Source: Camelus dromedarius (Eukaryota). From it: 64,000 bases of DNA. Position 1 is the stretch's first letter; the number at the start of each line of letters is the position of its first letter. A program made the position numbers and the translations under genes. The stretch lies in NCBI RefSeq assembly GCF_036321535.1, contig NC_087472.1:94924001-94988000 (forward strand), read 5' to 3'. This document shows, piece by piece, positions 48,346 to 62,572 of the stretch. The notes beneath the pieces were generated by a model. It was not told the DNA's origin and ran no database searches. It saw nothing but the letters and a program-made list of their open reading frames with translations.

Positions 48346-49719
48346 ACATAGAAAAAAAAGAAGATTGCAGCATTTCTGACCATAAAAGTAACTGCAACTC
48401 CCAATTTGCATATACTGTACTAAATTTAGAATGAAACGTCTTTAAGTCTCTGATGCTATGGCTTGTGGGTTTTTTCACTGTTGTTTGTTTTTACCTTTTT
48501 TGAAACAGTTGTGCCTGATGGCTGCTAGCAATACCAAATACTCGGGTATTTGGAGCATTCAAAATCTGATCAGTTAAGAGGTTTTTTTTGTTTGTTTGTT
48601 TGTTTGTTTTTATCTTCACTCTTAGGGGAATGTTAGAACTAACTCCCTCAGTGTATGTATGTGCACTCCTGGGGCAGGTAAGAAAGGGAAGACAGGTTAT
48701 CAACTACTACAAGACGACTGAGAAGTATCCTAAGAAAGAAGTGGTTGTGAATGGAAAAATTTAATTAGCCTAGTTTCCCAAACTTTTTAAATCTAAGGTG
48801 TGTCTTGAATTATGGAATGGGGCACACAGGTTTCCCCACCCTATTCTCTAAAACTTGATCTGTTATTGAGCCACAAGGATATGAGGGGAAAGAGTAAGGA
48901 GGAAGGGCAAATATTTTAAAATAAAATAGTAATAATTGTTTATTTATTGAGGACCCACTGTGTTCAAGGAAGTGTGCTGTGCCCATTATTGTACTTCACC
49001 TGGGTTATAGGTTTTGTTTATTGGATTATATAGGCAAAGGAACTGAGGCTCATAAGATTAAGAAGCTTTCATTCATCCATTTATTCTTTAGTTACTAAAA
49101 CAGGAACTTGATCAAAGTCATGAAGATACCAAAGGCTTAGATTAAACAAGAGATAGGGAAGAGGGGTGTTAGAGTTTTTTTTTTGTTGTTTTTTGTTTTT
49201 TTTTTTTTTTGGTCAGATGTGGCAAAGACCCCTTGACAGTAGATAAGCAGCTTTATTTAGTTTTACGTATTGCATTCAACCCTGTTCAGTACTTTCTGTT
49301 TTAGCCTGTTCTTTTCTTTGTTTTTTCTTGATAAGCAAAATGATGGTTTAAAAAATTAGTCCCCATTATAAACTAGTATTAAAGTCATTATAAAGAAAAA
49401 ATTAACATGATATTTACTGTAAGGACATTATTCATGATAGAATCATCTTAAGTATTCAGTTGAAAAGACCCATAGGAATTATGCTCTTAGCTTAGCTCTT
49501 TTATTTAAGAGAAACTATGTTGTTTTTATCTGGTGGACAATTAATTGTCTTTGTCATTCAAGTCAAAAGTTGAATCTCAAAGTTGGATTTATGCATTCTT
49601 ATAGCAAATGAACATGTTCTGATTTTATGCACTTTGTATACCAATTTGACTTCATATATTTCATTCCGACTCTAATATTTTTTCTAAATACAGAACATTA
49701 TATGCCTTAATTCAGAATT

Positions 49720-50830
49720 CAGCAGTTATTTATTGGTAAATAATGTGGCTACGCACTGTGTTGGGAGCTGAGGATAAAATGGTGAGCAAAATGTGGGCCG
49801 ACCGCTGCCTTCGTAGAGCTTATTATCTAGTGGAAGAGACAGATGTAAATCCAATAGACACATATATACATTTATTGCACATTGTTAAACGTTATGAAGG
49901 AGAAGGACAGGGAGATAAAATAGTGAGATACTATCTGATTCAGTAAGTTTGGGAAGGCTGCCTTAACCTAGAAAAAGGGGTATATGTAAGTTAGAGTAAC
50001 AAGGATGGGTTGAGGTTTGAAGACTGTTCCTTAAGGGAACCGCCTATGCAAAGGTCTGATTGAAGAATAAAGTTGGTACACTCAGTGGACTGGAAGATGA
50101 CCACTTTGGCTTGAGTGTAAAAGTCAATGGGGAGGGGGTAGTGAAGTTTGGGTTTCTTCTTAGATGCAAAATAAAACCACTTAAAGTTTTAGAGCGGGTG
50201 AATGACCTGCTCAGATAAACAATTTGTAAAGATCACTGTGGCTGAAATGTAGAAAACAGATTAAGGGAAGCAAAGAAAACAAGGAAAAAACACGTAGGAA
50301 AAAGAATTTCGGATACTTATACAGTATTCCAGTATTGTGACATTAGAGATGGAGAAATTTGGATGGATTAGAAAGCCATGTACGGGTAGAATTTGCAGGA
50401 CTCGTGTGCTAGTTTGCACATGGATGGTGTAGGAGATCATAATGTCAAAAATGCCTGCTTATATCCATGGCCTGTGTGCCTGCTTTCATAGTTGCATCAC
50501 CTACTGAGATTGGGGATTCTTCAAGTGTACAATTTACCAAGAGCGGGAAGGATAAGAATGGATGTAATTTGGTGGTAGGTGGTGAGTTCAATTTAAAGAG
50601 GGCTGTGTTTGAAGCACTTTTGATGAATATTCAAGTGGAGATGTCAGGAAAGTAGAAATACATATGAAGCTGAATATTAGAGGAGAGGTCTGGGCTTGAG
50701 GTTCACATCTGAAGTCACGAGCAGGTATTTGAAAATGGAAGCAATGAACATAAATGAGATTGGCAAGGAAGAGAGTACAGAGTGAGATAAAAAATGTGAA
50801 GGCAATCCAACACTTATAGAATGGGTAGAA
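49720..50830 (+). mobile_element. L2 fragment
   Basis: ttatttattgg...gcactgtgttgggagctgaggata...aaagatcactgtggctg...attcaagtggagatgtcagg. Confidence 0.7.
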
Positions 50831-53240
50831 AAGCATACTCATTGTATAATATTTAGAATATATAGAAAATAATTTAGTCACCAATAATTCTATTGTGCAT
50901 ATATATAGAAATTATTATTTTGGTGCCAGAGTTTATAATTCCAATAAATATCCAATAAACATTTTTACTCTTAATTAGCAGAGATGATAAGTTCTTACTC
51001 AGTGTTGGTGAATAAATTAATCCACTCATAATATTGTTAAACTACAAGTATAATAAAGTAATGAATAAATTTATTCTATAAAGAGTTAAACCTATATACT
51101 CAGTAACTCTCATTATGGTGTCTAGAGAATTTGGTGAAGTTCAGTTCTGTACTATATTTGCTTCAGAAAAACTCATTTCACCACTTGCAAAACAGCACAA
51201 AGCGTATGTTCTGTTGATGGTGGCATCAAGTTGCTATGTGAAGGACAACACATTAAATGTACATTATGATGGCAAAGTAGAACAACTCATTATCGGCTTT
51301 TCTAGACTGAGAAATTTGTGTTCCTATTAAAACGAATATTAACTGTTTTTTTTCTAATTTGATTTCAATTTGAAAAGCTTTTAAAAATGTCAATGTCTAC
51401 AAGCATAATGCATTTTTAATGCACCTAAAATCTATTTAAAAGAAAAGAAAATGTGTGCATTGTACTTATATGCAAATGTGAAACTGATGGCAAAGCATAT
51501 TGTGATTAATGTGTAATATTTGGTGTTTACATTAGAGAGAAATTACATTATAATTTCAGTGGTACGTAGTTTATGGGGCCTGTTGCAATCATATTATGTA
51601 TAATGTAAGATACCAGCTGAGCCTTAGGATGAGTATGATATTTAAAAATTTATTTTCTCAGAATGAAGCAACAAGCTTTGAAGTAATTAACTTCTTTATG
51701 GCTTTGAGTCATGCTTTTCCAAAACTTAAGAAACTCTCCAGAATTATTAAATATCAGGTTCCATTACATCTACATTTAATGTTTTGATGACTGTTGAGCC
51801 ATATGTACATTTATTATCATTTTAAGGAAGTTATTTATAACATTGGGCTTCTAAATAAAAGTATTTACTATTAAACTTTAGTTTTAATATAGATCTTTAG
51901 ATATGAATTTTATCTTAGCAACTCAGTTTTTATGATTTGATATTTTTAAAGGTGTTGAAGAATTTAGCTAAACAGTAAGAAATCTGTGAGATATTCATGG
52001 CAGTGAGGTATAGGATATATAGATAATAAAATATATATAGAGAAGTATATAATACAGAGATAATATTTTAAAATCTCAAAATGATTTTAACCAACTGTTT
52101 CCTTTTATACTTCTACGATGCCAAACCATTTACTATTGGAATGAAACTAGTTTTTGTTTCCTTTTCCTGATTCTTGGACTGATGCCTGGATAAATAACTC
52201 AAAGACAGACACCAAGAAAGAAAGGTCATGTAGCAGTGACCAAGCTGAATTAGACCCATCAACTTCAAACAAAAACATGGAGAAATTAAAGAGAGGAAAA
52301 CCAAGTAAAAGAAAACAACATACATATTTTATGAAACACTTGCAACCCTGGTGCAAGCATATCAATCATAACAGCAGTCTGTTCCTTGACAAGGTCTATT
52401 TTGGACCATTTGCACCATTGTGTAGCAATAAACACACAATCAAGCATATCCATAATGGTGGTGCTACAACAGAAATTTAGGAAAAAAAATTTCCACATGA
52501 AATTTTTTCTTTGCTTTTGTAAAGAGGAAATGCTTTTTTCCTTAGTTGAAGACTCTGTACAAGAGATACATTACTGAAATAGAAAAAGGCAGGTTTTTTT
52601 GTAAGGAGAAGATTTGATATGGCTGAAAACTGCCCCTAAATAGAGGAAAAATGACTTACATTACTTCAGTGTTTTCAGGCACATCGTTTGATCATCTCAA
52701 TGCTGAGGAGTGTGGGTATATATTACTCTTTTCCCCATCTCACGAATGAGGGAAGAAACTGAGGCACAGCTAAGCTAAGTGAATTGCTTGAAAGGTGTCG
52801 AACATACATTTCACAGAGCATAGTGGTAAAAATTTGAATATTTTACCATTCTTTCTTTCTATTCCCAGGAACCAAGTTGCTCTAAATTAGAAAGGTAGCT
52901 TCTCTGGGAGAATTTTCTCCCTGGTGACACTTCACTTAAAATGCTATAAAAAAAGGAAGTAGTAAAAAAGAGGTATTGAAATATAGTGAACAGTAATAGT
53001 AGTAAAACTTCTAGAATTAGTCAAGTCAGCAGGGAAGAATATAGTAACCAATGGAGACACTATGAGATAAAGGTGATGAGGTGAATGTGTCAGAAAGTTC
53101 CTAGATGGGTCTTCTTCCCTCTGCTTATTGAGCTGTTACCACGACCACTCCTTGTGCACACCTGGTTAGGGGTCTCGATGCTCACACGTGCCTGCTACTT
53201 TATAATAGACATTAAAAAATATTTGGTGAATGTCAGGATG

Positions 53241-53346
53241 AACATATTGTTGATGGTATAAGAGAACTAAAATTTATATGTATTTTAACATATAAAACAA
53301 CATATTGTTGATGGTATAAGGTAATTGAAATTTATATGCATTTTAG
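53241..53346 (+). repeat. 58-bp tandem duplication
   Basis: aacatattgttgatggtataag...aaatttatatg(t/c)atttta starting at 53241 and 53299. Confidence 0.85.
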
Positions 53347-53377
53347 TGTAAATGCTTGCTAATTTGCATAATTTTTT

Positions 53378-56300
53378 TACATTTTTTATTGATTTATAAT
53401 CATTTTACAATGTGTCAAATTCCAGTGTTCAGCACAATTTTTCAGTCATTCATGGACATATACACACTCATTGTCACATTTTTTTCTCTGTGAGTTATCA
53501 TAACATTTTGTGTATATTTCCCTGTGCTATACAGTGTAATCTTGTTTATCTATTCTACAATTTTGAAATCCCAGGCTATCCCTTCCCACCCTCCACCCCC
53601 CGGTAACCACAGGTCTGTATTCTCTGTCTGTGAGTCTATTTCTGTCCTGTATTTACGCTTTGTTTTTGTTTGTTTGTTTTTGTTTTTGTTATTTAGATTC
53701 CACATATGAGCGATCTCATATGGTATTTTTCTTTCTCTTTCTGGCTTACTTCACTTAGAATGACATTCTCCAGGAGCATCCATGTTGCTACAAATGGCAT
53801 TATGTTGTCGGTTTTTATGGCTGAGTAGTATTCCATTGTATAAATATACCACCTCTTCTTTATCCAGTCACCTGTTGATGGACATTTAGGCTGTTTCCAT
53901 GTTTTGGCTATTGTAAATAGTGCTGCTATGAACATTGGGGTGCAGGTGTCATCCTGAAGTAGATTTCCTTCTGGATACAAGCCCAGGAGTGGGATTCCTG
54001 GGTCATATGGTAAGTCTATTCCTAGTCTTTTGAGGAATCTCCACACTGTTTTCCATAGTGGCTGCACCAAACTGCATTCCCACCAGCAGTGTAGGAGGGT
54101 TCCCCTTTCTCCACAGCCTCTCCAGCATTTGTCATTTGTGGATTTTTGAATGACGGCCATTCTGACTGGTGTGAGGTGATACCTCATTGTAGTTTTGATT
54201 TGCATTTCTCTGATAATTAGTGATATTGAGCATTTTTTCATGTGCCTTTTGATCATTTGTATGTCTTCCTTGGAGAATTGCTTGTTTAGGTCTTCTGCCC
54301 ATTTTTGGATTGGGTTGTTTATTTTTTTCTTATTGAGTCGTATGAGCTGCTTATATATTCCGGAGATCAAGCCTTTGTCGGTTTCATTTGCAAAAATTTT
54401 CTCCCATTCCGTAGGTTGTCTTCTTGTTTTACTTCTGGTTTCCTTTGCTGTGCAGAAGCTTGTAAGTTTCATTAGGTCCCATTTGTTTATTCTTGCTTTT
54501 ATTTCTTCTAGGAGAAAATTTTTGAGATGTATGTCAGATAATGTTTTGCCTATGTTTTCCTCTAGGAGGTTTATTGTATCTTGTCTTATGTTTAAGTCTT
54601 TAATCCATTTTGAGTTGATTTTTGTATATGGTGTAAGGGAGTGTTCTAGCTTCATTGTTTTACATGCTGCTGTCCAGTTTTCCCAACACCATTTGCTGAA
54701 GAGACTGTCTTTATTCCAATGTATATTCTTGCCTCCTTTGTCAAAGATGAGTTGACCAAAAGTTTGTGGGTTCATTTCTGGGCTCTCTATTCTGTTCCAT
54801 TGGTCTATATGTCTGTTTTGGTACCAATACCATGCTGTCTTGCTGACTGTAGCTCTATAGTATTGTCTGAAGTCTGGGAGAGTTATTCCTCCAGCCTCTT
54901 TCTTTCTCTTCAGTAATGCTTTGGCAATTCTAGGTCTTTGATGGTTCCATATGAATTTTATTATGATTTTTTCTAGTTCTGTGAAATATGTCCTGGGTAA
55001 TTGGATAGGGATTGCATTAAATCTGTAGATTGCCTTGGGCAGTGTGACCATTTTAACAATATTGATTCTTCCAATCCAAGAGCATGGAATATCTTTCCAT
55101 TTTTTAAAGTCTTCTTTAATTTCCTTCATCAATGGTTTATAGATTTCTGTGTATAATTCTTTCACCTCCTTGGTTAGATTTATTCCCAGATATTTTATTA
55201 CTTTGGGTGCTATTTTAAAGGGGATTGTTTCTTTACTTTCTTCTTCTGTTGATTTATCGTTAGTGTAAAGAAATGCAACTGATTTTTGAACGTTAATTTT
55301 GTAACCTGCTACCTTGCTGAATTCTTCAATCAGCTCTAGTAGCTTTTGTGTGGACCTTTTAGGGTTTTCTATATATAGTAGCATGTCATCAGCATATAAT
55401 GACACTTTTACCTCTTCTTTTCCAATTTGGATCCCTTTTATTTCTTTCTCTTGCCTGACTGCTGTGGCTAGGACTTCCAGGACTATGTTGAATAGGAGTG
55501 GTGATAGTGGGCATCCTTGTCTTGTCCCAGATTTTAGTGGGAAGCTTTTGAGTTTTTCACCGTTGAGTACTATGCTGGCTGTAGGTTTGTCATATATAGC
55601 TTTTATTATGTTGAGATATGTTCCCTCTATACCCACTTTGGCGAGAGTTTTTATCATAAATGGGTGCTGAATTTTATCAAATGCTTTTTCTGCATCGATT
55701 GAGATGATCATGTGGTTTTTGTCCTTTCTCTTGTTGATGTGATGTATTACACTGATTGATTTGCGTATGTTGAACCAGCCTTGTGTCCCTGGGATGAACC
55801 CCACTTGGTCATGATGTATAATCTTTTTTATGTGTTGTTGGATTCTATTTGCTAAAATTTTGGTGAGGATTTTGGCGTCTATGTTCATCAGTGATATTGG
55901 CCTATAATTCTCTTTTTTTGTAGTGTCTTTGCCTGGTTTTGGTATCAGGGTGATGGTGGCTTCATAGAATGAGTTTGGGAGTATTCCCTCCTCTTCAATC
56001 GTCTGGAAGAGTTTGAGAAGGACTGGTATGAGTTCTTCTTTGTATGTTTGGTAGAATTCCCCGGTGAAGCCGTCCGGTCCTGGACTTTTATTTGTAGGGA
56101 GGTTTTTAATTGCTATTTCTATTTCCTTTCTAGTGATCGGATTGTTCAAGTGTTCAGATCCTTCTTGATTCAGTTTTGGTGGACAGTATGTTTCCAGAAA
56201 CTTGTCCATCTCCTCTAGGTTATCCAGTTTGGTTCCATATAGTTTTTCATAATATTCTCGTATGATATTCTGTATTTCTATTTTGTTTGTTGTAATTTCT

Positions 56301-57204
56301 CCATTTTCCTTTCTTATTTTGCTAATTTGTGCTCTCTCTTTTTTCTTCTTTGTGAGTTTGGCCAGAGGTTTGTCGATTTTATTTACTTTTTCAAAAAACC
56401 AGCTTTTGGTTTGGTTGATTTTTTCAGTTGGTCTTGTTAATCTCTATTGTATTTAATTCCTCTCTGATCTTTATTATTTCCTTCCTTCTGCTGCTTTTTG
56501 GGGCTTTTTGTTCTTCTTTTTCTAATTCATTCAGGTGGTGGGTTAAATTGTTTATTTGAGATTGTTCTTCTTTTCTGAGGAAGGCCTGTATCGCTATAAA
56601 CTTCCCTCTTAGCACTGCCTTTGCTGTGTCCCATAGGTTTTGAGTGGTTGTTCTTTCATTATCATTTGTCTCAAGGTATTTTTTAATTTCAGCTTTGATT
56701 TCCTGATTGATCCATTGTTTTTTCAATAACATATTGTTTAATCTCCATGCTTTCCTTTTTTTCTCCTTTGTTTCTCTGTTGTTGATTTCCAGTTTCATGG
56801 CATTGTGGTCAGTAAAGATGCTTGAGATAATTTCTATCTTCTTAAAATTGTTGAGGTTTCTTTTGTGCCCAAGTACATGATCGATCCTGGAAAATGTTCC
56901 ATGTGCACTTGAAAAGAATGTATATCCTATTTTTGGGGGGTGTAATGTTCTGAAAATATCCACCAAATCTAGTTTTTCTATTGTAGTATTTAATTTCTCT
57001 GTTGCCTTGTTTATTTTCTGTCTGGAAGATCTGTCTAGTGATGTTAATGCAGTGTTAAAATCTCCAACTATGATTGTATTCCCATCAATATCCCCCTTTA
57101 TCTCTGTTAGTAATTCTTGTATGTACTTAGGTGCTCCTATATTGGGTGCATATATATTAACGAGTGTAATATCCTCATCTTGTATCACTCCTTTAATCAT
57201 TATA
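53378..57204 (-). mobile_element. Young L1, ~3.8 kb, 5'-truncated within the endonuclease domain, single frameshift
   Basis: EN ORF 56424-57200 and RT/C-terminal ORF 53693-56209 (YADD motif) join into one frame if one base is removed near 56428; possible short TSD aatttttt. Confidence 0.97.
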
Positions 57205-57364
57205 AATTTTTTATAGTGAATTTTTTTTCAAGTTATTTCACATTGTTTAAAGTCTCAGTTTAATAACTCTAGCAATGAATCTAATGTACCTTGCCTGGGT
57301 AGAATGGAATCAGATTTTGCCCTGGAAGATTAAAAATACCTGTGTAGTTCTTTGAATAGTTTGT

Positions 57365-57815
57365 TGAATCAGTTAGCTATTGGCACAACTGTGTTGTATT
57401 TTTAAAAAGCCCAGATTCAATACATACAGCAAGTATTTCTTTTTCTCGCATGCTTCTGCAAGTTGGCTGATGCTTTCTACTCTTGACTGAGTTTATTTGG
57501 GCTTGGATCCAAGCTGAAGTTAGGATCCAAATCGGCTACATATGTCTCTCATCCTCTTTGCTCCATAGGCTACTTGTAGCCTCTTCTTGTGGCAGTGATA
57601 CAATATACATGCAGAAGAACAAGCTCAAGCCCACAGTCACACAAGTACATTTGAAGTCTCAGTTTGTCATGTCTACTAACACCCCATTGGCAAAAGCAAG
57701 TCACATGGCCAAACCCGACATCAGTGGATCATGGATGTATACTCTTCCCATCTAGGTATGGGTGGAGAAGGTTGGGAATGAATATTTACTCAGCAGTAGT
57801 CTAATCTACCATCCA
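57365..57815. mobile_element. Old MLT1 LTR
   Basis: atcagttagctattggcacaac ... ccccattggcaaaagcaagtcacatggccaaacc ... ctaatctacca. Confidence 0.7.
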
Positions 57816-59169
57816 TACCTTAACCAAAATGCAATCTGCCTTTGAGTTTTTATTATGGATTTCCAGAACATAAACTATTTTTACTTCTTGTTACACAAAG
57901 AAAATAGTACAGTAGCTAAAAGCGTTATAAGGTCAGCCAGTCTTTAAGACTTCATTTGTTCATAAATAATGCAAAAACTTGAGTATTTGTGTACACCACA
58001 GGCCTGTGTAATCAAAGATCTCTCACATATATACAGAGGTTTTGCTTATACTCAGTTTTCCTGTAATTCTTTGTCAACTTTTAGAAAAGGTGGGGAGGAC
58101 TCTCTAGATGCTTGAATTTTCATGTTAATCTTTAGAAACAAGAAGTCCTAAAATGTAATCCACTGCCTCAATATGATATTCAAAATCATTGTATTTTTAA
58201 TTAGAGATTTGTCAGGGAGATGCAAAAATAGAATTCAAACTCCAGATTTGTTGATTAGGCTTAATAAAGTCTTGGGATTTTTGAATAAGCTAAAGATTGG
58301 CAATTTTCTTACCAGGGCTATCATTACTTAGAAGCAAACATTTGGTTACCCCAGTTTTATGATGGAAACTGAGTTATCATGATGTTTTCTGTAAGGACCC
58401 AATGAAATTTGATTTACTACTTTATATTTTGGAAGCCATTGGAAACCATGAGGCCTCCCTCACTATCACAGCCTTTATTGAGTTGCTTAATTTGACCACT
58501 TGCTTATATCTTATCTTTTTAAGTTTCAAAATATGAAAGTTTCTGGAAATCACCTATGTTTTATATCAAAATGTTTCTACATAAAAGAATTACTCTAATT
58601 CATTAACCAAAGGAATTCTGAAACCTTATGCAGAAAATAAAAAAAAAAAAAAGAAAGGGAATTCCATCATTCCTAAAGCTCATCATATTGTTATTATACT
58701 TAATTTTATTTGTGAAAAGAGAAAAAAGAACTGCTGTTTTTTGTCATAGAAATTGCCTTTGGCAGTCGAATCACTTTATTCTGTATAATGAAAATGATTT
58801 TTCTGACAGTAAAGGTACTACTATTGACTGAGCGAGCACATGGAGAACGGAGTTGGCCACCAGAGACACCTCTGGGTTGACACTTAGGAAGAAGACTACA
58901 TGTCACTGGCCTTCCTCTGAATAGTTAACAAGGAGCTTTCAAATAGCATCCTTTAGAACATCTGTCTCAGGAAACTTCTTGATCTTCCTGATGAAAATAT
59001 ATAAAATAACTATCATGTTTTAGCAAAGCTGGCAATTTCAGCAGCTTATGAAGCCCTGGCTGACTATCTTGAACAGAGGTATGCTTGGCCAAGATGTGTT
59101 CTGAGACTCCATGGGAGCTCCACTGTAACTGCTTAGGTCTCCCTTGGGAGAAAATCTATCTGCAGAAGT

Positions 59170-61705
59170 TTTTTTTTCCTCTTCATTTTTCAGTTTTATT
59201 AGGTAGAATTGTTACAGCTTGACTGCGCACATACAATATATTGCATGTAAATGCATTCATGCAATATACTGCACATATTTTTAAAAATTTACATGTATGT
59301 ACTGTTCATTGTTTCTAAGAATGTTTAGAGCTTTCACTTTTTAAAGTTACATAGTTATCAAAGGAATAAAGCCAACCACAAAATAAGAATTAATTCAAAA
59401 AGATACATACACCTTGCTATTAACAGCAACATTATTTATAATTGCCAAGGTATGGAAGCATCCTAGGTGCACATCAATAGATGAATGGATAAAGAAGATG
59501 CAGCGTATATATGTGTAATGGAATACAACCCACCCATAAGAAAGAAGGATATTTTGCCATTTGTGGCCCTTCATTCACTTTTTTTTTTTCACTTCAAAAA
59601 CCAGAATTTTATCTGGCAGAGACATTTCCATTGCATCAAAAAACAGTAAAATACCTAGGAATAAACTTAACCAAGGAGGTTACCTATACTCTGAAAACTG
59701 TAAAACATTGATAAAGGAAACTGAAGATGACACAAAGAAATGGAAAGAGTTCTTGTGCTCTTGATTGGAAGAATCAACATTATCAAAATGGCCGTACTAC
59801 CCAAAGCAATCCACAGATCCAATGCAACCCCTGTCAAAATACTCACAGCATTCTTCCCAGAACTAGAACAAACAATTCCAAAATGTATATGGAACCATAA
59901 AAGACCCCAAACTGCCAAAACAATCTTCTGTAGGTCTTTTTTTCCCCCCTCATTCTTTTTTTTGTTTTCTTTTCTTATGGTTTGATGACTAGAGAAGTTC
60001 CTCCCTTCTGGCCTGTAGAGTTTCTGCTGAAAAATCAGCTGATAACCTTATGGGAGTTCCCTTGTATGTTATTTGTTGCTTTTCTCTTGTTGATTTTAAT
60101 ATTTTCTCCCTATCCTTAATTTTTGCCAATTTGTTGACTGTGTGCCTTGGTGTGTTCCCCTTTGGGTTGATACTGCGTGGAACTCTGTGCGCTTCCTGGG
60201 CTTGGGTGATTGTTTCCTTTCCCAAGTTAGGGAAATTTTCAGTTATTATCTCTCCAAAAATTTTCTCAGGTCCTTTCTCTCTCTCTTCTCTTTCTAGGAC
60301 TCCTATAATGTGAATATTAGTGCACTTCATGTTGTACCAGAGTTCTCTTAAACTATCCTCATTTCTTTTCATTCTTTTTTCTTTTTTCTGTCCTACAGTA
60401 GTGATTTCCACTAATCTTTCTTCTAGCTCATTGATCCATTCTTCTGCCTCATTTAGTCTATTCCTGGTACCTTCTACTGTGTTACTCATTTCAGTGATTT
60501 TATTCTTCAACTCCATTTGGGTATTCTTTATATTTTCCAACTCTTTGCTAAAAACTTCACTCTGTACATCTATACGCCTCTTGAGTTCTCTGAACATCTT
60601 CACCATCATTACTCTAAACTCTTTCTCAGATAAATTGCCAATCTCCTCATCGCTTATTTCTTCTTCTGGGATTTTATCTTGTGCCTTGGCCTGGGAGATA
60701 TTCCTCTGCTGCCTCGTTTTGTCTATCTTTCTATTTGTATTTTTAGGTAGCTTAGTTATGTTTCTCAACCTTGGAGAGGTGGCCCTCTGTGGGAGATGTC
60801 CTATGTGTCCCAGCAGTACCCTCCTCGCTCTTGTCATCCAAGGGCCAGGGTCCAGCTGGTCCCAGTATAGAGTCTGGCCTGTGTTTGTGGATTCCTTCCG
60901 CAGGCTTTGGTATTGTTTTCTTATTTCTGGTATTTGCCTCTGGTAGATAAGGCTGGACTAGAGGCTTATGCAGGTTTCCTGGCAGGAGGAGCGGTGCCTG
61001 CCCACTGCTGGGTGAAGCTTGGTCCTAGACCTCTGGTGGGTAGGGCTGTGTCTAGAGGAATTTATGGCTCAGGAAGTCTGCTGATGGGTGGGGCTGTGTT
61101 CCCACTCAGTATATTGTTTGGCCTGAGGCTTCCCTACAGGTTGTTGGGTGGGGCTAGATCTTGGTGCTAATGATCCAATCAAGATGTCAGCCTCCAGGAA
61201 AGCTCATTTAGATTAACACTCCCAGCTTTTATGTCCCCTGCCTCCCCCAGGAGACCCTCCAAAACCAGCAGGCAGGTCTGGCCCAGGTTCCTATGAAATC
61301 ACTGCCTCTGCCCTTGGACCTGGCACACGCAAGATTCTGTATGTGCTTCACAAGAGAATGAAGTCTCTGTTTCCCCTAGTCCTGTGGGGCTCCTGGAGCT
61401 AAGCCCTACTGGCCTTCAAAACCAGATGTCCTGGGATCTCCTCCTCCCAATGCCAGAATCTCGGGCTCGGAAGCCTGACGTGGGGCTCAGAACTCTCACT
61501 CTTGTGGGAAGGCCTCTGCCGCTTAATTATTCTTCAGCTTTTGGGTCACCACCCGGGGAGTATGGGGCCCTATTATATCGCAAGCACGCACTCCTACCGT
61601 CCTGCTGTGGTTCCCTCTTTATGTTTCCAGTTGAAGATTTTTCTTGCTAGGTTCCAGTGTTTTTCTTCAATGGTTGTTTAGCAGTCAGTTGTGGTTTCAT
61701 TGTAG
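59170..61705 (-). mobile_element. ORF1-only L1 derivative (HAL1-like), copy 2, with TSD and poly(A)
   Basis: TSD tctatctgcagaagt (59155-59169) and tctatctgcggaagt (61706-61720); T run at 59169-59177; AATAAA (minus) at ~59195-59200; ORF1 homology in ORF 59989-60837; same inverted-ORF2 3' UTR as copy 1. Confidence 0.92.
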
Positions 61706-62572
61706 TCTATCTGCGGAAGTCTTGATGTCACTTTAATTTTGCATCAGAGCAGGCCATGAATATCCCTAATTGTTGGAGGAATGAAATACATAAGGAAGAA
61801 TATCCTGCTTGCCTTATGGCTAAACCCATCATTGTTGTTTCCTTTCCAAGTTGTCAAAGTCATTATATCTCTGTGTTCTATTCTCTTTGTCATAGTTTCT
61901 GCTCTCATGAGGAAAAAATGATTTAAAATAATTTATATTTTAAAATGAACTTTCCATGGAGCATACTTCTGAATTCAGCCCTATTCATATTTTTTCAAAT
62001 TCCTGAGGTTAGTTGGTTGTCAGTCCTCTTTGATCATGTTTTTATGTCTACAGCAGAGCACTTGGGAATAAGTACTTCGTAATTTTAATATGGCCTCCAA
62101 CTTTGACATAAAAATCACAGTAAAATCATCTTAAAAATTTTTTTCATTTAGTGGGGAATTATGTGATGAAGGCAGGCACACTTATCAAAATTTAACCATT
62201 TTCAGTAGAATGCAATCAATTTTTCCTGTTGCATCAAGTTGAGAATCTCATTTGGAAGATACAATTAGAAGCCCAGATTATTAAGAAGCTAACTACTAAG
62301 TAAAAGGTTGCTCTTTTTATTTCACTAAATACAGTCTATAATGCTGGGAAGTGTATAAGAGGAGTTTTAAAGAGCCTTTTTCTCTTATATATTTTAGTTG
62401 AAAACTAAAACTTTCACTAGTATCTTAAAGGAAAAAATTAGACTTCTTTGAAAGTGAGAGTATTTTTTTCTGCAGTAGATCATATTTTGTCATCCAAAAA
62501 TAGTTGCCCCTTCACTTAAATAGATATTATTTGACATTCATAACAACAGTACCTTGTTTTTCTCACTTAGTA

